From the NCBI GenBank assembly GCA_043745055.1, contig JAYTTM010000061.1, positions 1-35,160 on the forward strand: a stretch of DNA of 35,160 nucleotides, read 5' to 3'. This DNA comes from Chitinophagaceae bacterium. Lineage in GTDB: Bacteria; Bacteroidota; Bacteroidia; Chitinophagales; Chitinophagaceae. Below the pieces are notes generated by a model, which worked only from the letters and a program-made list of their open reading frames with translations, was not told where the DNA came from and did not search any database. The translations under genes were made by a program, and so were the position numbers. This document shows, one piece after another, positions 20,001 through 30,332 of the stretch (the stretch's first letter is position 1; every line of letters starts with the position of its first letter).

Positions 20001-20983
20001 TTATTAATTGTTGCTATTTTATAAGAAGGGCCATCAAATGTGGTAATAAGCACCGGTGCCTGCAATATGAGGTTGCGAAAACGCTGTTCGCTTTCTTCAA
20101 TTTTTATTTTGGCAGTTGCCTCTTGTGTAATATCCTGTAGTGTTCCATTAAAACGATAAGCTTTTTTATCATCTCCAAACCATGCTTTTCCTTTGGCCCG
20201 TACAATACGTTCTTGTTTGGTTATAGGGTTAATTATGCTGTATTCAACATCGTAAAACCCTCCGGATTCATATTCCAAAGCTGTTTGTACAGCTTGCGAA
20301 ACACGGCTTCTATCGTTTTCAGCTATCAGGTTTATTCCAATGGAAATGTCAATTTCCTCTCCATTCGGAAGGTAGAACCATTCTTTAAAGTAGTGGTTAC
20401 CAATAAATTTATTTGTTAATGGATTAAAATCCCAGGTACCTAATTGGGTTGCTTCAATAGCAAACGCTAACTGATCATTGGTTTCTATTAATTTTTTAAG
20501 ATTGTTAACTTTATCCGTTGTTTCAATGAGGGTTAAAAATACGCCCGCTGTTTCATTGCTTTCGTTTTTAACAGGGCTAAAGCTGAAAGTCCAATATGCA
20601 TCTTTCATTGCTCCTTCACGATATATGGGAACAAACTGATCTTCACTCCAGGTGGCTTCACCCACCTTAAGCACCTGATCAATCGGAGGTTTTAAAATAT
20701 GCCATGTTTCTGGCCAGGCTTCTTCGGCTTTCATCCCCAATAGTAAAGGGTGCTTACCATCGTTACCCAAGCTAAAGCGGTAGGCATCGTTGTAAAAACA
20801 AACCAGGTTGGGGCCCCAGTATAAGAACATCGGAAATTTCGAGTTAAGCAAAATGCTAAGGGTAGTACGAAAGCTTTGTGGCCATTTATCTGCCGGGCCA
20901 ATGGAGGAAGTTTCCCAGTTGTAGGCCCGCATTAAAGCACCCATTTCGCCACCGCCTGAAAGAAATTGCAAAGATTTTGTCAT
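17066..20983 (-). CDS. Cytoplasmic multi-PAS sensor histidine kinase (HK1)
   Basis: Repeated PAS/PAC units; H-box ASHEMKTPLT, N-box NAVKYSP, G1 DFGIGM, G2 GLGIGL. No TM segments. Likely start ATG 20983 (MTKSLQFLSGGGEMG). Confidence 0.92.
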   Translation of the reverse strand: MTKSLQFLSGGGEMGALMRAYNWETSSIGPADKWPQSFRTTLSILLNSKFPMFLYWGPNLVCFYNDAYRFSLGNDGKHPLLLGMKAEEAWPETWHILKPPIDQVLKVGEATWSEDQFVPIYREGAMKDAYWTFSFSPVKNESNETAGVFLTLIETTDKVNNLKKLIETNDQLAFAIEATQLGTWDFNPLTNKFIGNHYFKEWFYLPNGEEIDISIGINLIAENDRSRVSQAVQTALEYESGGFYDVEYSIINPITKQERIVRAKGKAWFGDDKKAYRFNGTLQDITQEATAKIKIEESEQRFRNLILQAPVLITTFDGPSYKIATINKKALEIWGKSYEQVINKPLFEVSPETEDGLKAIFSNIYTTGEPFIANEYMVQLKRPEKPDTAYFNSVYQPLRNLDNKIYGIISIGTEVTEAVNARKQIEARTALLQKEHQLLQNYFIEAPAFFVILKGKDHVFEFANTMYHQLIGNRDILGKKMMEVLPELKGQGFDVLVDEIHRTGKPFSGKEMPAFIEQEKGKLKQIYIDLHCQAIKNDEGYIEGILIFGYDVTELVVARKQIEASEKLFSNILSQSIMAIGILKGTDMVVTFANDSLLATWGKGQNIIGKPLLEVMPEIKDQGFPQLLQQVYTTGVPFYGYETKVTLIRNGKEEPVYYNFVYQPYTEVDNSIAGITILATEVTEQVLAKKQIEESEEEQKKSASHLKMATDSANIGIWSLDIVSSKLEWSNIHKVMWGYDENCVDLTYEDWHKVIVPEDKEMAFQKIEESKANNGVYEVEYRINKADDNVIRSIRSVGKYYYNEKGEAETLTGISVDITEEKQAEEALRKSKERLQGGLNVANVALAEINYHTGLVSLSPEAALMYGLPADNLTVTRKQLHDTFHPDWKQDVEKHIEQVIKPEGSGLMEVEHQIVLPGGEVRWLKINKQFFFDRTVQPAKPLYSILAAQDITAKKEAEEKIKESVAKFRTLSETIPIMVWTADPDGKKNFFNQYFLSYTGLSFEELKSDGMLEIIFPDELKKDLQLWQHSIKTGEDFKMEKRLRRHDGTYRWHLGHGIAQKDINGKITGWIGSNTDIHEQKTKEQQKDEFISIASHEMKTPLTTAKGYLELLILLLSEENQTAFLYANKANQSVERLHRLVTELLDASKIQNGKLNYNISTFDFNEMLDEAIQDIQVIAKNHIIQKTGSSLKQITGDKGRLQQVLINLLNNAVKYSPKADRVLVKIEEQDNKIQVSVQDFGIGMSIKHLDKIFDRYYRAQEHAISFQGLGIGLYISNNIIERHNGTLWAESEPDKGSTFYFTLPV

Positions 20984-21548
20984 TGAATTTTGTTTAGCAA
21001 AACTGTCAAAGAATAATGACACAATAAAAATAAAGGCTTGATGCAGGGCTGTAATTTTATAATGTTCAGTACAACACTTAAGCCGATTGGTAACCTGCCG
21101 ATGAAGTTAGCCAATAAAGTCTAAAAGAATTGGGTAAAGACCGATATAATTTGATAAGAGTACAAACAAATATTTTATTTTCTACTTTAATCTTATTGCA
21201 AGTCTTCTGTTATCAATTTCATTTCTTTTTAGGTGGGTGAGTTTTAGCTTTGCAACTCAATAATTTTATAAATGCAATTGTATAACTCCGTCCTTTTTTA
21301 TCATTCAAATAAATTAAAACAGCGTATAATAAATATTTCCGTTGTATGAGGTTGTGAACGATTGGTAACGACATCTTATATTTTATGGTGATGTAAACTT
21401 TTTGGCTTTGCTATAACTGCCTTTGCAATAAAATAGTAAAAAAGCAAAAAACCGGATGGAGCTTCAAGAGGCAACGTTGCCAAAACTGATGCAGCCAACT
21501 TTAGTTTAATCAGCATTTGCCGAACGGTACCTTCGTTACTTAAAAAAG

Positions 21549-21576
21549 AATAGTTGGGAAATTATTCCCAACTATT
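21549..21576. terminator. Perfect 12-bp hairpin, probable (bidirectional) terminator
   Basis: AATAGTTGGGAA-ATTA-TTCCCAACTATT flanked by A-rich and T-rich runs. Confidence 0.65.
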
Positions 21577-21755
21577 TTATTGCTTTATTAATTGCCCGGC
21601 TACTGACTAACACACAGGTTTGTTGTAAACTTCAACTTCACCTTCACTTCTTAATAATCGTTAAATTTTGGTATAAATTGTAACGCTCTCCGTATGTTAC
21701 AACTCTTTCCAAAATTTTAATTTTCTACTTCCAAAAGTTTTTTTTTATCCACCAC

Positions 21756-22007
21756 CTACTGCCTATCACTTTTTATTATAGTAGTTTCTTTATTGGTATT
21801 ACCACGCAGCAATGCTATCAATATTACCAATAATACAGCGCCTCCTACTATCCACATCCAGGGCTCAATTTCAAAATTATTTGTTTTGGTTGTAACTGTT
21901 GTGCTGGTATGGGAAACAGCGTCCTGGCTCCAGGCCATCAATTGCATTGCAGACAATACAATGAGCAGCAAAAATTTATTTGCTGCATTGAAAGTTAATT
22001 TTTTCAT
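21756..22007 (-). CDS. Small membrane protein (signal peptide plus one TM segment)
   Basis: Signal peptide ending MAWSQ, Thr-rich linker, PWMWIVGGAVLLVILIALLRG TM segment. Confidence 0.75.
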   Translation of the reverse strand: MKKLTFNAANKFLLLIVLSAMQLMAWSQDAVSHTSTTVTTKTNNFEIEPWMWIVGGAVLLVILIALLRGNTNKETTIIKSDRQ

Positions 22008-22402
22008 TTTAATTGTTTTTAATGATTTTTAATAATAAAGAAGCTGTTAAATAATTGTACCAATCTATTAAATACAAGGTCTTATTATTTTCAGTACCCC
22101 TTTGTGGAAATAGTTCTACAATCCATTTTTATATTACACGATTTGCAAGTATTTTTCAACTTCGTTCAATTATGGAAAAGAGAAGTAATAAGCGCTAAGC
22201 CTATCAAACAGGTAAACAAATTAGTAGCATTAAAATACCAGGCAGCGTTTTCTCGGGGATGGAAGTTATGTTGGGCAATATATATTGGCAGCTACGGCTA
22301 TAATAAATTTACCGCTAATGAATTTTACGTATTGTTGCTGCAAGGCATTATATGATAAATGCCACTCGCAAATATTTCAATTGTAGGTTCATTTTAATGT
22401 CA

Positions 22403-22783
22403 TTAGTTAACTTCCAAAGTTCTCTCACCTGTATATGTTTTTATAGTTTCAATAAAAGTATTAACAGCAAATGGTTTTTCTACAAAGCCATCCGCATTTA
22501 CTTTTCTGCAAATTTCTTTAATATCAGCATTGGCAGAAAAAATTAGTACTGGAATATTTTTTGTTTCTTCATATTGCTTTACAGTTTCTATAGCTTTTTC
22601 CCCGCCAATTTCCGAAATCCACAAGTCCATTAAAATAAGATGGGGTTGTATTGACTTTATATCATTTAAAATATTTTCACATCGGGATAATGTTTCTACA
22701 ATAAATCCATACTTGCTTAATATGGCTTTGCATAAGAGTAAAATTTCTTCATTATCATCATAAATAAGGATTTTCTTTTTCAT
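22403..22783 (-). CDS. Single-domain response regulator (receiver)
   Basis: ILIYDD, LILMDLW (phospho-Asp), FSA and FVEKPF; lies directly downstream of HK2. Confidence 0.92.
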   Translation of the reverse strand: MKKKILIYDDNEEILLLCKAILSKYGFIVETLSRCENILNDIKSIQPHLILMDLWISEIGGEKAIETVKQYEETKNIPVLIFSANADIKEICRKVNADGFVEKPFAVNTFIETIKTYTGERTLEVN

Positions 22784-22819
22784 AGTAGTAAAGCTATGTT
22801 ATAAAAAATATTTGAATAG

Positions 22820-25800
22820 TTATACCGGAAGTGTAAAATAAAATATACTTCCTTTTTCCCGTTCACTTTTGGCAAACATTGTACCATTGTGCCTTTCTAT
22901 TATATTATACGATATATACAATCCAATACCCAATCCCTGAAAATGTATAGCATGTTCCGGCACCCGGTAGTACCTGTCAAAAATTTTATTTAAATGCTCG
23001 TTCGACATGCCAACGCCAAAATCCTGAACCGACACCTGAATTTCACCATCCAGTTCTTCTATTTTAACTGATACTTTATCCGCATTGGGAGAATATTTTA
23101 TAGCATTACTTAGTAAATTAATCAACACCTGTTGCAGCCTGCCTCTATCGCCGGTTATTTGTTGAGAACAGCTGCCGGTTTTTTGTATGTTGTGGGTTTT
23201 TGAGCTGTACTGAATATCTTCAATGGTTTCATTTACCATTTTATTAAAATCGAATGTGGTAATAGTATAATTTAGTTGACCATTTTGTATTTTACTGGCG
23301 TCTAATAATTCTGAAACCAAATTGTGCAGCCGCTCTACTGCCTGGTTGGCTTTGGTTGCATATAGAGTAGTTTGATTTTCTTCACTTAATGTAAGCAGCA
23401 GTAACTCAATATAACCTTTGGCTGTTGTAAGCGGAGTTTTCATTTCATGGCTGGCAATGCTAATGAACTCGTCTCTTTGTTTCAATAATTTTTCAGAAAG
23501 TTTTTGAGCTGCCTCCAGTTCACTATTTGCTTTAATAAGGGATCTATTACTTGTTGCAAGCTCTATTGTACGCTTTTCAAACGTAATGTCTCTAAGAAAG
23601 GCAATAAACAATTTTTTTCCCTGCTGCATTGCCTGCGAAATAGTGATTGATATTGGAAACTCTTTACCGTTTTTATTAAGCGCTGTAAGTTCTAATGTTT
23701 TATTTAAAATCCTTGCTTCGCCTGTTTCCAACAATCGTTGCATTCCATCCCGGTGAGCCTGCCGATGTTGTGTTGGAACAATGGTGTCTGTTAAATGCAA
23801 TCCTACAACTTCGGCTGCTTTCCATCCAAATATTTCTTCTGTTTTAGGATTCCATAAGCTTATAATACTATTTTCATCAATTACAATAACGCCATCGGGA
23901 GCATTGCTGATTATCTGGTTTAGATAATTTTCTTTTTCTACTAATGCATCGGCTACTGCCACATCCTTGCTAATATCCTGCACAGTACCAATCAGCAAAC
24001 GTTTAACACCCTCATCTAAAAAATTTCCGCTTGAACGGAAGTATTTGATAGTTCCTTTCTTACTTATAATTCGGTAAGGTGTTTCTACCAACTCTCCTGT
24101 TATCATTGTTTGCTCACCGTTACTAACTACCTGTTGCAAATCATCGGGGTGTATAAAAGATAAAAACTTTTCAAATGAGGGGACAAACTCATCCGGTTCA
24201 CAATCCAATAAACGAAATAGGTTATCAGAATATTCCAATGCACCCGTTGTTATATTCCATTTATAACTTCCAAATTTTGCAATGCTTTCAGCAAGCTCAA
24301 ATGTTTGATTTTGTAGTTGCAATTGCTCATTTACAGTTTCTACTTCTTTTTGTTTTAAAACAATATTGGTTACATCCTGTAAGGTTCCCACTAATAATTT
24401 TTCATCGCCTGATTCTATAACTCTTCCGGTTCCTTTTATATTTATGACTTGTCCGTTTTTGGTGTTCATCCGATAGTGCCATTCATCAGCCGTTTTGCTT
24501 GTTAAAACTTTTTCCGCTGCCTGGGTCACATAGTCGCTGTCTTCAGGATACACATGTTTATTAAATTCTTCCAACGAAGGTTCAAATTCGTTTGGTTCAT
24601 ATCCTATAAGACGGTATAAATTATCGGAGTAAGTTAATTTGCCTGTTGTTAAATTAAATGAATAGCTGCCCTGCATTGAACTTTCTTCTGCCTGTTTGAA
24701 GGTTTCATTCTGTATGTGAAGTTGGTAGGTTCGTTCTTTTACTTTTTGTTCCAATTCTTCAGCAATTTTTTTCTGCCCCTCTATGCCAGTATTGGTGCCA
24801 ATCCATCCAATAACATTTCCATTCTTGTCTTTTTGAGCAATGCTATGACATAAATGCCACTGGTAGGTTCCGTCATGATAACGAATGCGCTTTTCAATTC
24901 TGTAGTCTTCTCCAGTCCTCAGAGACTTGTGCCACAGTGCTAATTCATTTTCAAGGTCTTCAGTAAAAATAACTACCTTCCAGCCATCATCTTTTAATTC
25001 TTCAAAAGATAACCCCGTATAATCTAAAAAATATTTGTTGAAAAAATTTTTCTTCCCATCGGGTGTGGCTGTCCATACCATGTGTGGAATGGTTTCTGAA
25101 AGCATTTTAAATTTTGCTTCGCTTGCGGCAAGTTCTTCTTCTGCTTTTTTCCGTTCGGTAATGTTGCGGTTTACAGCAACTCCAGCAACGGGTTTTCCTT
25201 TTTCGTCATATACATTAGCTATTGATACAAGTATGCTCACCATGCTGCCATCCTTTTTTGTCTGCACTACTTCACCTTGCCATTTGCCGATGCTATTAAA
25301 ATCTCTTTGCCATGCATACTTATCTTCATCAGATAAAAATTGGGTGCGGAGAAGTTCCAATGGAAATTTCCCCATGACTTCATCGCTTGTATATCCATAC
25401 AAATTTTCTGCCCCTTTGTTCCAACTGATAATTTTATAATCCATATCAGTGCTTACTACTGCATCGGCAATATTTTCTGTGAGTATTGCAGCAAAACGTA
25501 ATTGTTGATTAGCTTCTTCAATTTGTTTGCGTGCTTCAAACTGTTGGGTAACTTCCACTGCATGTGATAATAATCTTTCTGTTTTACCATTTTCATCCTT
25601 CATTGGCTGCACTACAAGATTATAATAACCCAAAACTAATTTGCCGGTTTCTTTATTAATTAATTCAACAGGAAATTCATTAGCGATGAAAGGCACGCCG
25701 CTTGAAAAAACAAGATTAAGAATATCTATTAATCCCTGTTGTTCTACTTCTGGAAAAAGCTCCTGAACAGTTTTGCCGGGGGGTGTTTTTCTATCGACCA

Positions 25801-26824
25801 ATTTTTCGTATTCAGTGTTGGCAAATTCATAAATATGAGTATTACCATGCATAATGGCAATTCCTGCGGGTGCATTCATGAATGAATTGTAAAGCACCAT
25901 GCGCTCATTTCTTAAATGCTGTTCGCTTTGGGTAAGCAACCGGCGGGCAACTATTTCTTCTGTAACATCCTGCAGGGTTCCATTAAACCTATATGCGATA
26001 CCTTCTTCATTAAAAGAGGCCCGCCCTTTTGCCCGTACAATTCTTTCATATTGTGTTTTTGGATGAATGATTGTATAAATAATATCGTAATGCCCTCCGG
26101 AAGCAGGTTGTAAAGCTGTTTGAATTGCGGATATTACCTTGTCCCTTTCGTCATTTGCAATAACTGCCAGGGCAACCGGCAATTCTATTTCTTCGTTAGC
26201 CTGTAGCCCAAACCATTCTTTTAAACGGCTGTTGCCTCTAAATTTATTGGTGGCAGGGTTTAAATCCCAGGTTACTAATTCTGTAGCTTCAATGGCATAT
26301 TGCAATTCTTGTTCACTTTCTTTAAGTACGTTTACTGATTTTACTTTTTTGGTAGTTTCCATTACGGTAACCAGCACGCCACCTACTTCACCATCTTGTA
26401 AACGTATAGGACTGTAGGAGAAATCAAAAACACATTCTTCTAAAAACCCATGCCTTTCTAATTGGAAAGTAAGGTTGGAAAAGCTAACTGGTATGCCCTT
26501 CATCACGCCATCAAACATTGGCCCTATTGTAGGCCATACTTCTGCAAAAGTTTTACGTGTGCTGCTGCCCAATGCGTGCGGATGTTTTGTGGCACCAAGA
26601 AAAGGACAGTAACCATCGTTGTACAATTGAATATATTCGTTGCCCCATGCTATATACATTCCGAAAGGAGAATCGAGCATTATATTTACTGCAATACATA
26701 AACTTTGCGGCCATGTATCAGGACAGCCAATAGCGGTTTTTGACCAATCAAACGAACGGATAAACTCTCCCATTTTGCCGCCACCAGTAAGAAAGGCAGG
26801 TGGTATTTTTTCTTTCGCTTTCAT
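22820..26824 (-). CDS. Cytoplasmic multi-PAS sensor histidine kinase (HK2)
   Basis: Repeated PAS/PAC units; ASHEMKTPLT, NAIKYSP, DFGVGM and GLGIGL; paralog of HK1. Confidence 0.92.
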   Translation of the reverse strand: MKAKEKIPPAFLTGGGKMGEFIRSFDWSKTAIGCPDTWPQSLCIAVNIMLDSPFGMYIAWGNEYIQLYNDGYCPFLGATKHPHALGSSTRKTFAEVWPTIGPMFDGVMKGIPVSFSNLTFQLERHGFLEECVFDFSYSPIRLQDGEVGGVLVTVMETTKKVKSVNVLKESEQELQYAIEATELVTWDLNPATNKFRGNSRLKEWFGLQANEEIELPVALAVIANDERDKVISAIQTALQPASGGHYDIIYTIIHPKTQYERIVRAKGRASFNEEGIAYRFNGTLQDVTEEIVARRLLTQSEQHLRNERMVLYNSFMNAPAGIAIMHGNTHIYEFANTEYEKLVDRKTPPGKTVQELFPEVEQQGLIDILNLVFSSGVPFIANEFPVELINKETGKLVLGYYNLVVQPMKDENGKTERLLSHAVEVTQQFEARKQIEEANQQLRFAAILTENIADAVVSTDMDYKIISWNKGAENLYGYTSDEVMGKFPLELLRTQFLSDEDKYAWQRDFNSIGKWQGEVVQTKKDGSMVSILVSIANVYDEKGKPVAGVAVNRNITERKKAEEELAASEAKFKMLSETIPHMVWTATPDGKKNFFNKYFLDYTGLSFEELKDDGWKVVIFTEDLENELALWHKSLRTGEDYRIEKRIRYHDGTYQWHLCHSIAQKDKNGNVIGWIGTNTGIEGQKKIAEELEQKVKERTYQLHIQNETFKQAEESSMQGSYSFNLTTGKLTYSDNLYRLIGYEPNEFEPSLEEFNKHVYPEDSDYVTQAAEKVLTSKTADEWHYRMNTKNGQVINIKGTGRVIESGDEKLLVGTLQDVTNIVLKQKEVETVNEQLQLQNQTFELAESIAKFGSYKWNITTGALEYSDNLFRLLDCEPDEFVPSFEKFLSFIHPDDLQQVVSNGEQTMITGELVETPYRIISKKGTIKYFRSSGNFLDEGVKRLLIGTVQDISKDVAVADALVEKENYLNQIISNAPDGVIVIDENSIISLWNPKTEEIFGWKAAEVVGLHLTDTIVPTQHRQAHRDGMQRLLETGEARILNKTLELTALNKNGKEFPISITISQAMQQGKKLFIAFLRDITFEKRTIELATSNRSLIKANSELEAAQKLSEKLLKQRDEFISIASHEMKTPLTTAKGYIELLLLTLSEENQTTLYATKANQAVERLHNLVSELLDASKIQNGQLNYTITTFDFNKMVNETIEDIQYSSKTHNIQKTGSCSQQITGDRGRLQQVLINLLSNAIKYSPNADKVSVKIEELDGEIQVSVQDFGVGMSNEHLNKIFDRYYRVPEHAIHFQGLGIGLYISYNIIERHNGTMFAKSEREKGSIFYFTLPV

Positions 26825-27801
26825 AATTAATCAGTAAATTTTGTGAGCATTCATTTTTTGATTTTTTAAATACAAATATTTTGACGAGGAAGAAAACGAT
26901 TTTAAACTTATTTGTTTTTGTACAGGTGATTGTGCGCTGAAAAATGTAAGTATTTGAAACTCTTTCAGCCTTTCCGTGTTGCTTTTATTAATGTAATACG
27001 TATAAAAAAAATTTGTAAAGTTGCTTTAGAAATCCTGGTTTAAAAGCTGTACTGAAACATAGACCATTCCTGAACCTAAAGATATTACTTTCTGTAATTT
27101 TTTAAATGGCTGTAACCAACCTGCGAATGCCCAAACGCCAACTGCTGTTGAGTTGTATCCGGAAGACGAAGCTTTAGGTATGTGTTTGCCATTATTTTTA
27201 TTGTTAAGTAATAACTTCATTCCCTTTGTTTTTGAAAAGATAAAAAGAACTTTTAAAAATTACCAACTTTAATCAAAATTAATAACAATTATATGGCAAA
27301 GAAAACAATTTTTTATTTTTAATTACAACAACCAACAGGAATTTTTTTTACTGGTATTTGCCCACTCAATAGTTTCCACAATTTTTAGGGTACAAAGTAT
27401 TTTAATAAAATTATCCCTAACAGTACTACTATAAACAAAATCAAAAGCAGCTACTTACAACTGTTATAACCGGGTATAAGAAAGAAAGACTTAGACAATA
27501 AAAATTATACTATAAAGCAGAAATAAAAAAAAAGATTTTTTGGGGAAGTAGGCTCATCGCTTATCTGCTAAATTTGGAAATGGTAATTTAAGTTAAAGTG
27601 GCTTTATTGTTGCGGCTTTTTTGAGTAGTTTTTGCACTGATATAAACAGTAGCAGAATCATCTAAATCTTTCTGACCAATGCTTTAGCTACCCACTATTG
27701 ATGAGGCTGATACAAACCCAATAACCTGGAGCCTGATTTTAAATTTAACTACATTATTTTTTGATTTTTATCTTAATTACATTGCCCGGCGTAATAATCA
27801 T

Positions 27802-28671
27802 TTAAACTGGCAATGTAAAATAATATATGCTGCCTTTATCCGGTTCACTTTCTGCCCACATTTTACCGTTTTGTCTTTCTATAATATGGTGAGATATGTA
27901 CAATCCAATACCCAATCCCTGAAAATGAATAGCATGTTCCTCCACCCGGTAGTACCTGTCAAAAATTTTTATTTAAATGCTGGTTAGAAATACCGACACC
28001 AAAATCCTGCACCGGCACCTGAATCTTACTATCCAACGCTGCTATTTTAACCAACACTTTATCTGCTTTGGGAGAATATTTTACAGTATTGCTGAATAAA
28101 TTTATCAGTACCTGTTGCAGCCTGCCTCTATCACCTGTTATTAGTTGCAAACTGTATCCTGTTTTTTGTACGCAATAATTTTTAGCAGTATGTTCAATAT
28201 TTTCAATTGTTTCATCTACCATGGTATTGAAATCGAATGTGGTAATATTATAATTCAGTTTGCCATTTTGTATTTTACTGGCGTCTAATAATTCTGTAAC
28301 CAGGTTGTGCAGCCCCTCTACGGCCTGATTGGCTTTTGTTGCGTAAAAAACAGTTTGGGTTTCTTCACTTAAGGACAGCAGCAGTAACTCAATATAACCT
28401 TTGGCAGTTGTAAGCGGTGTTTTCATTTCATGGCTTGCAATGCTAATGAAATCATCTTTTTTTGTTCCAACATTTTTTGTTCATTAATGTCAGTGTTGGT
28501 TCCTATCCATCCTGTTATGTTTCTCTCATTGTCTTTTTGTGCAATGCTCTGGCTCAAATGCCAGCGGAAAGTTCCATCATTGCGGCGAATGCGAATTTCA
28601 AGTATGAAATCTACACCTGTTGCAAGGGTGAGCTGCCATTTATTTTTTTCCTTCGCTATTTTGTAATGCAA
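27802..28671 (-). pseudogene. Truncated, doubly frameshifted third paralog of the PAS histidine kinases (HK3)
   Basis: Half PAS (RRNDGTFRWHL...GWIGTNTDI), frameshift in a homopolymer near 28460, HisKA/HATPase segment, second frameshift near 27966, then KIFDRYYRVEEHAIHFQGLGIGL...FTLPV* ending at 27802. Confidence 0.85.
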
Positions 28672-29404
28672 ACTTAATTATGTTCGGGTTATTTGTTTAA
28701 ATTTTAAACAAATTTGTAGTTTGATTATTGTTTAGAAAATTCACAAAATAACATTTATGGTAGCTGCTTTTTCTTTTCTACAGTAACAGCGTCTCTTCAA
28801 TTATATCTTTTGTTGGATGTTGATTTTACGTTTTAACTGCAATTAACTTTTTGAGCTTGATGAAAAAACCAAAATAGATATAAATTGTTTTGCAGATTAA
28901 CAAAAAGCATGTTACAGATAGTAATTAAATACTTATCTGGTTTAGCCGCACCCGGCTTACCTGCAGCTCAATTAATTGAACTTTAAACAGACTGTACCTG
29001 TTTTTATTAATGACATAGATGAAAGAAAAGACGCAGATAAAAAGCGGGATGCAGAAACGCAGGAATGTATAAACGAGGCAATGAGTTTTGGGCAGCATTT
29101 ACAAAATTTGCAAAGAGGGCAAATGGCCTAAGCAGGCGTTCAACGATACTAAAATTATTGACATAAACTAAATCTTACCGCCTGCAAAGTTAAAAGTGAT
29201 ACATCAAAAACTTAATGCGCTAAGTTTTTTTAAAGCTATCTGTTTTTATTACCAGTTGTTTGTTGATGATGCCACTGGATGTATTAATAAAAAACTTGTT
29301 TAAAAAAAACAAAGTACTCGTTATAACAGGTATAATATTTTTAAGGGATTACGTTTTTTTCCGGCAACAAGGAGACACAGCACGGAGTCCGGCGCCTGTA
29401 GGCC

Positions 29405-29438
29405 AAAAAAAACCCCCGCCAACCGGCCTGGGGATTTT
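29405..29438 (-). terminator. Probable intrinsic terminator of the FN3 gene
   Basis: GC-rich imperfect stem (CCCCCGCC-AACC-GGCCTGGGG) followed by T8 on the minus strand. Confidence 0.55.
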
Positions 29439-29464
29439 AAACAGTTGTAGCAAATGCAATTACA

Positions 29465-30106
29465 TTAAGCTGCTTTTGCCGCTGCCATGGTACGTTGCAT
29501 TACGTACTGGGCCACTTCGCCGCTTTGCACCGTTTGCCCGTTGCTGCCAATAGCAATCACCCTTATCCAGTACTTTTGCCCTTCTTCCAGGTTGGTAAAT
29601 TCAAATTTTGTACGGGTATCCCCGTAAGTTTCCCATTCTGTTGTATCAGTAATTGGGTCTTTGGCAATTTGGTAATTGAAAGCCTTTGCACCTTTAACAG
29701 GATCAATAACCGCCAGCAGTGTACAAGGATTATCTCCCTGATTTACCGACTTAATAAAAGGAGCTACCAACTTAGCAGGTTCCCTTTGTTTTGCCAGTTT
29801 AAAATTACTACTGTTGAGTTTATCAAGATTGCCCTGGCACACTGTATTTACATACATTGCCCAGTTTCTTAACCCATTTGCCACAGTAGCTTTTAACGTG
29901 TTTTTACGGCTTACCGCCTGCAGGTCTTTATTACCTGCATCGGTGAGTGCAGTTTCATAATCGGTAGTGGTTGTTACAAAAGCAGCAACTGCAGGTACAG
30001 GTGCAGTAAAATTGGGGTTATTATCCATGTGCTGGATAATGATCAGGGCAAAAGACAGCATTTCGGCATCTTTCAGGTTGTTGCAATCAACGATTACTTT
30101 TTCCAT
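29465..30106 (-). CDS. Helical-domain plus fibronectin type III protein, no signal peptide
   Basis: N-terminal NPNF..P.P helical region; C-terminal FN3 (PVKGAKAFNYQ...FTNLEEGQKYWIRVIAIG). Likely start ATG 30106 (MEKVIV). Confidence 0.8.
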   Translation of the reverse strand: MEKVIVDCNNLKDAEMLSFALIIIQHMDNNPNFTAPVPAVAAFVTTTTDYETALTDAGNKDLQAVSRKNTLKATVANGLRNWAMYVNTVCQGNLDKLNSSNFKLAKQREPAKLVAPFIKSVNQGDNPCTLLAVIDPVKGAKAFNYQIAKDPITDTTEWETYGDTRTKFEFTNLEEGQKYWIRVIAIGSNGQTVQSGEVAQYVMQRTMAAAKAA

Positions 30107-30332
30107 TATTAATTTTTTAATGCTGGTTGAAATTTGCAAAAAACGCCTGCTCTCCTATTATTATTAATTAACAATATAATTGTAAACTGCTAAAAAAAAC
30201 GGTTAAACAATTGAAATATTATTACAAATTTTTGATAATAACTATATTATAAACAAACAAGTAACCAGCTGCACAATAAAAAGTTTTTTTAAATTGAGGG
30301 AAACTACAGGTAGTTTTCGTAAAAATACTAAC

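Noticed and set aside
27026-27220. 64-aa ORF upstream of HK2
   Set aside because: No recognisable family; cannot be distinguished from a chance ORF or remnant.
17066-28671. Diversity-generating retroelement (TR/VR) explanation for the repeated kinase DNA
   Set aside because: There is no reverse transcriptase, and differences are not confined to adenines. Ordinary paralogy explains it.
29260-29553. 97-aa plus-strand ORF, and also 30388-30579 (-) and 22104-22355 (+)
   Set aside because: Non-ATG starts, low-complexity composition, and overlap with a terminator, repeat or promoter regions.
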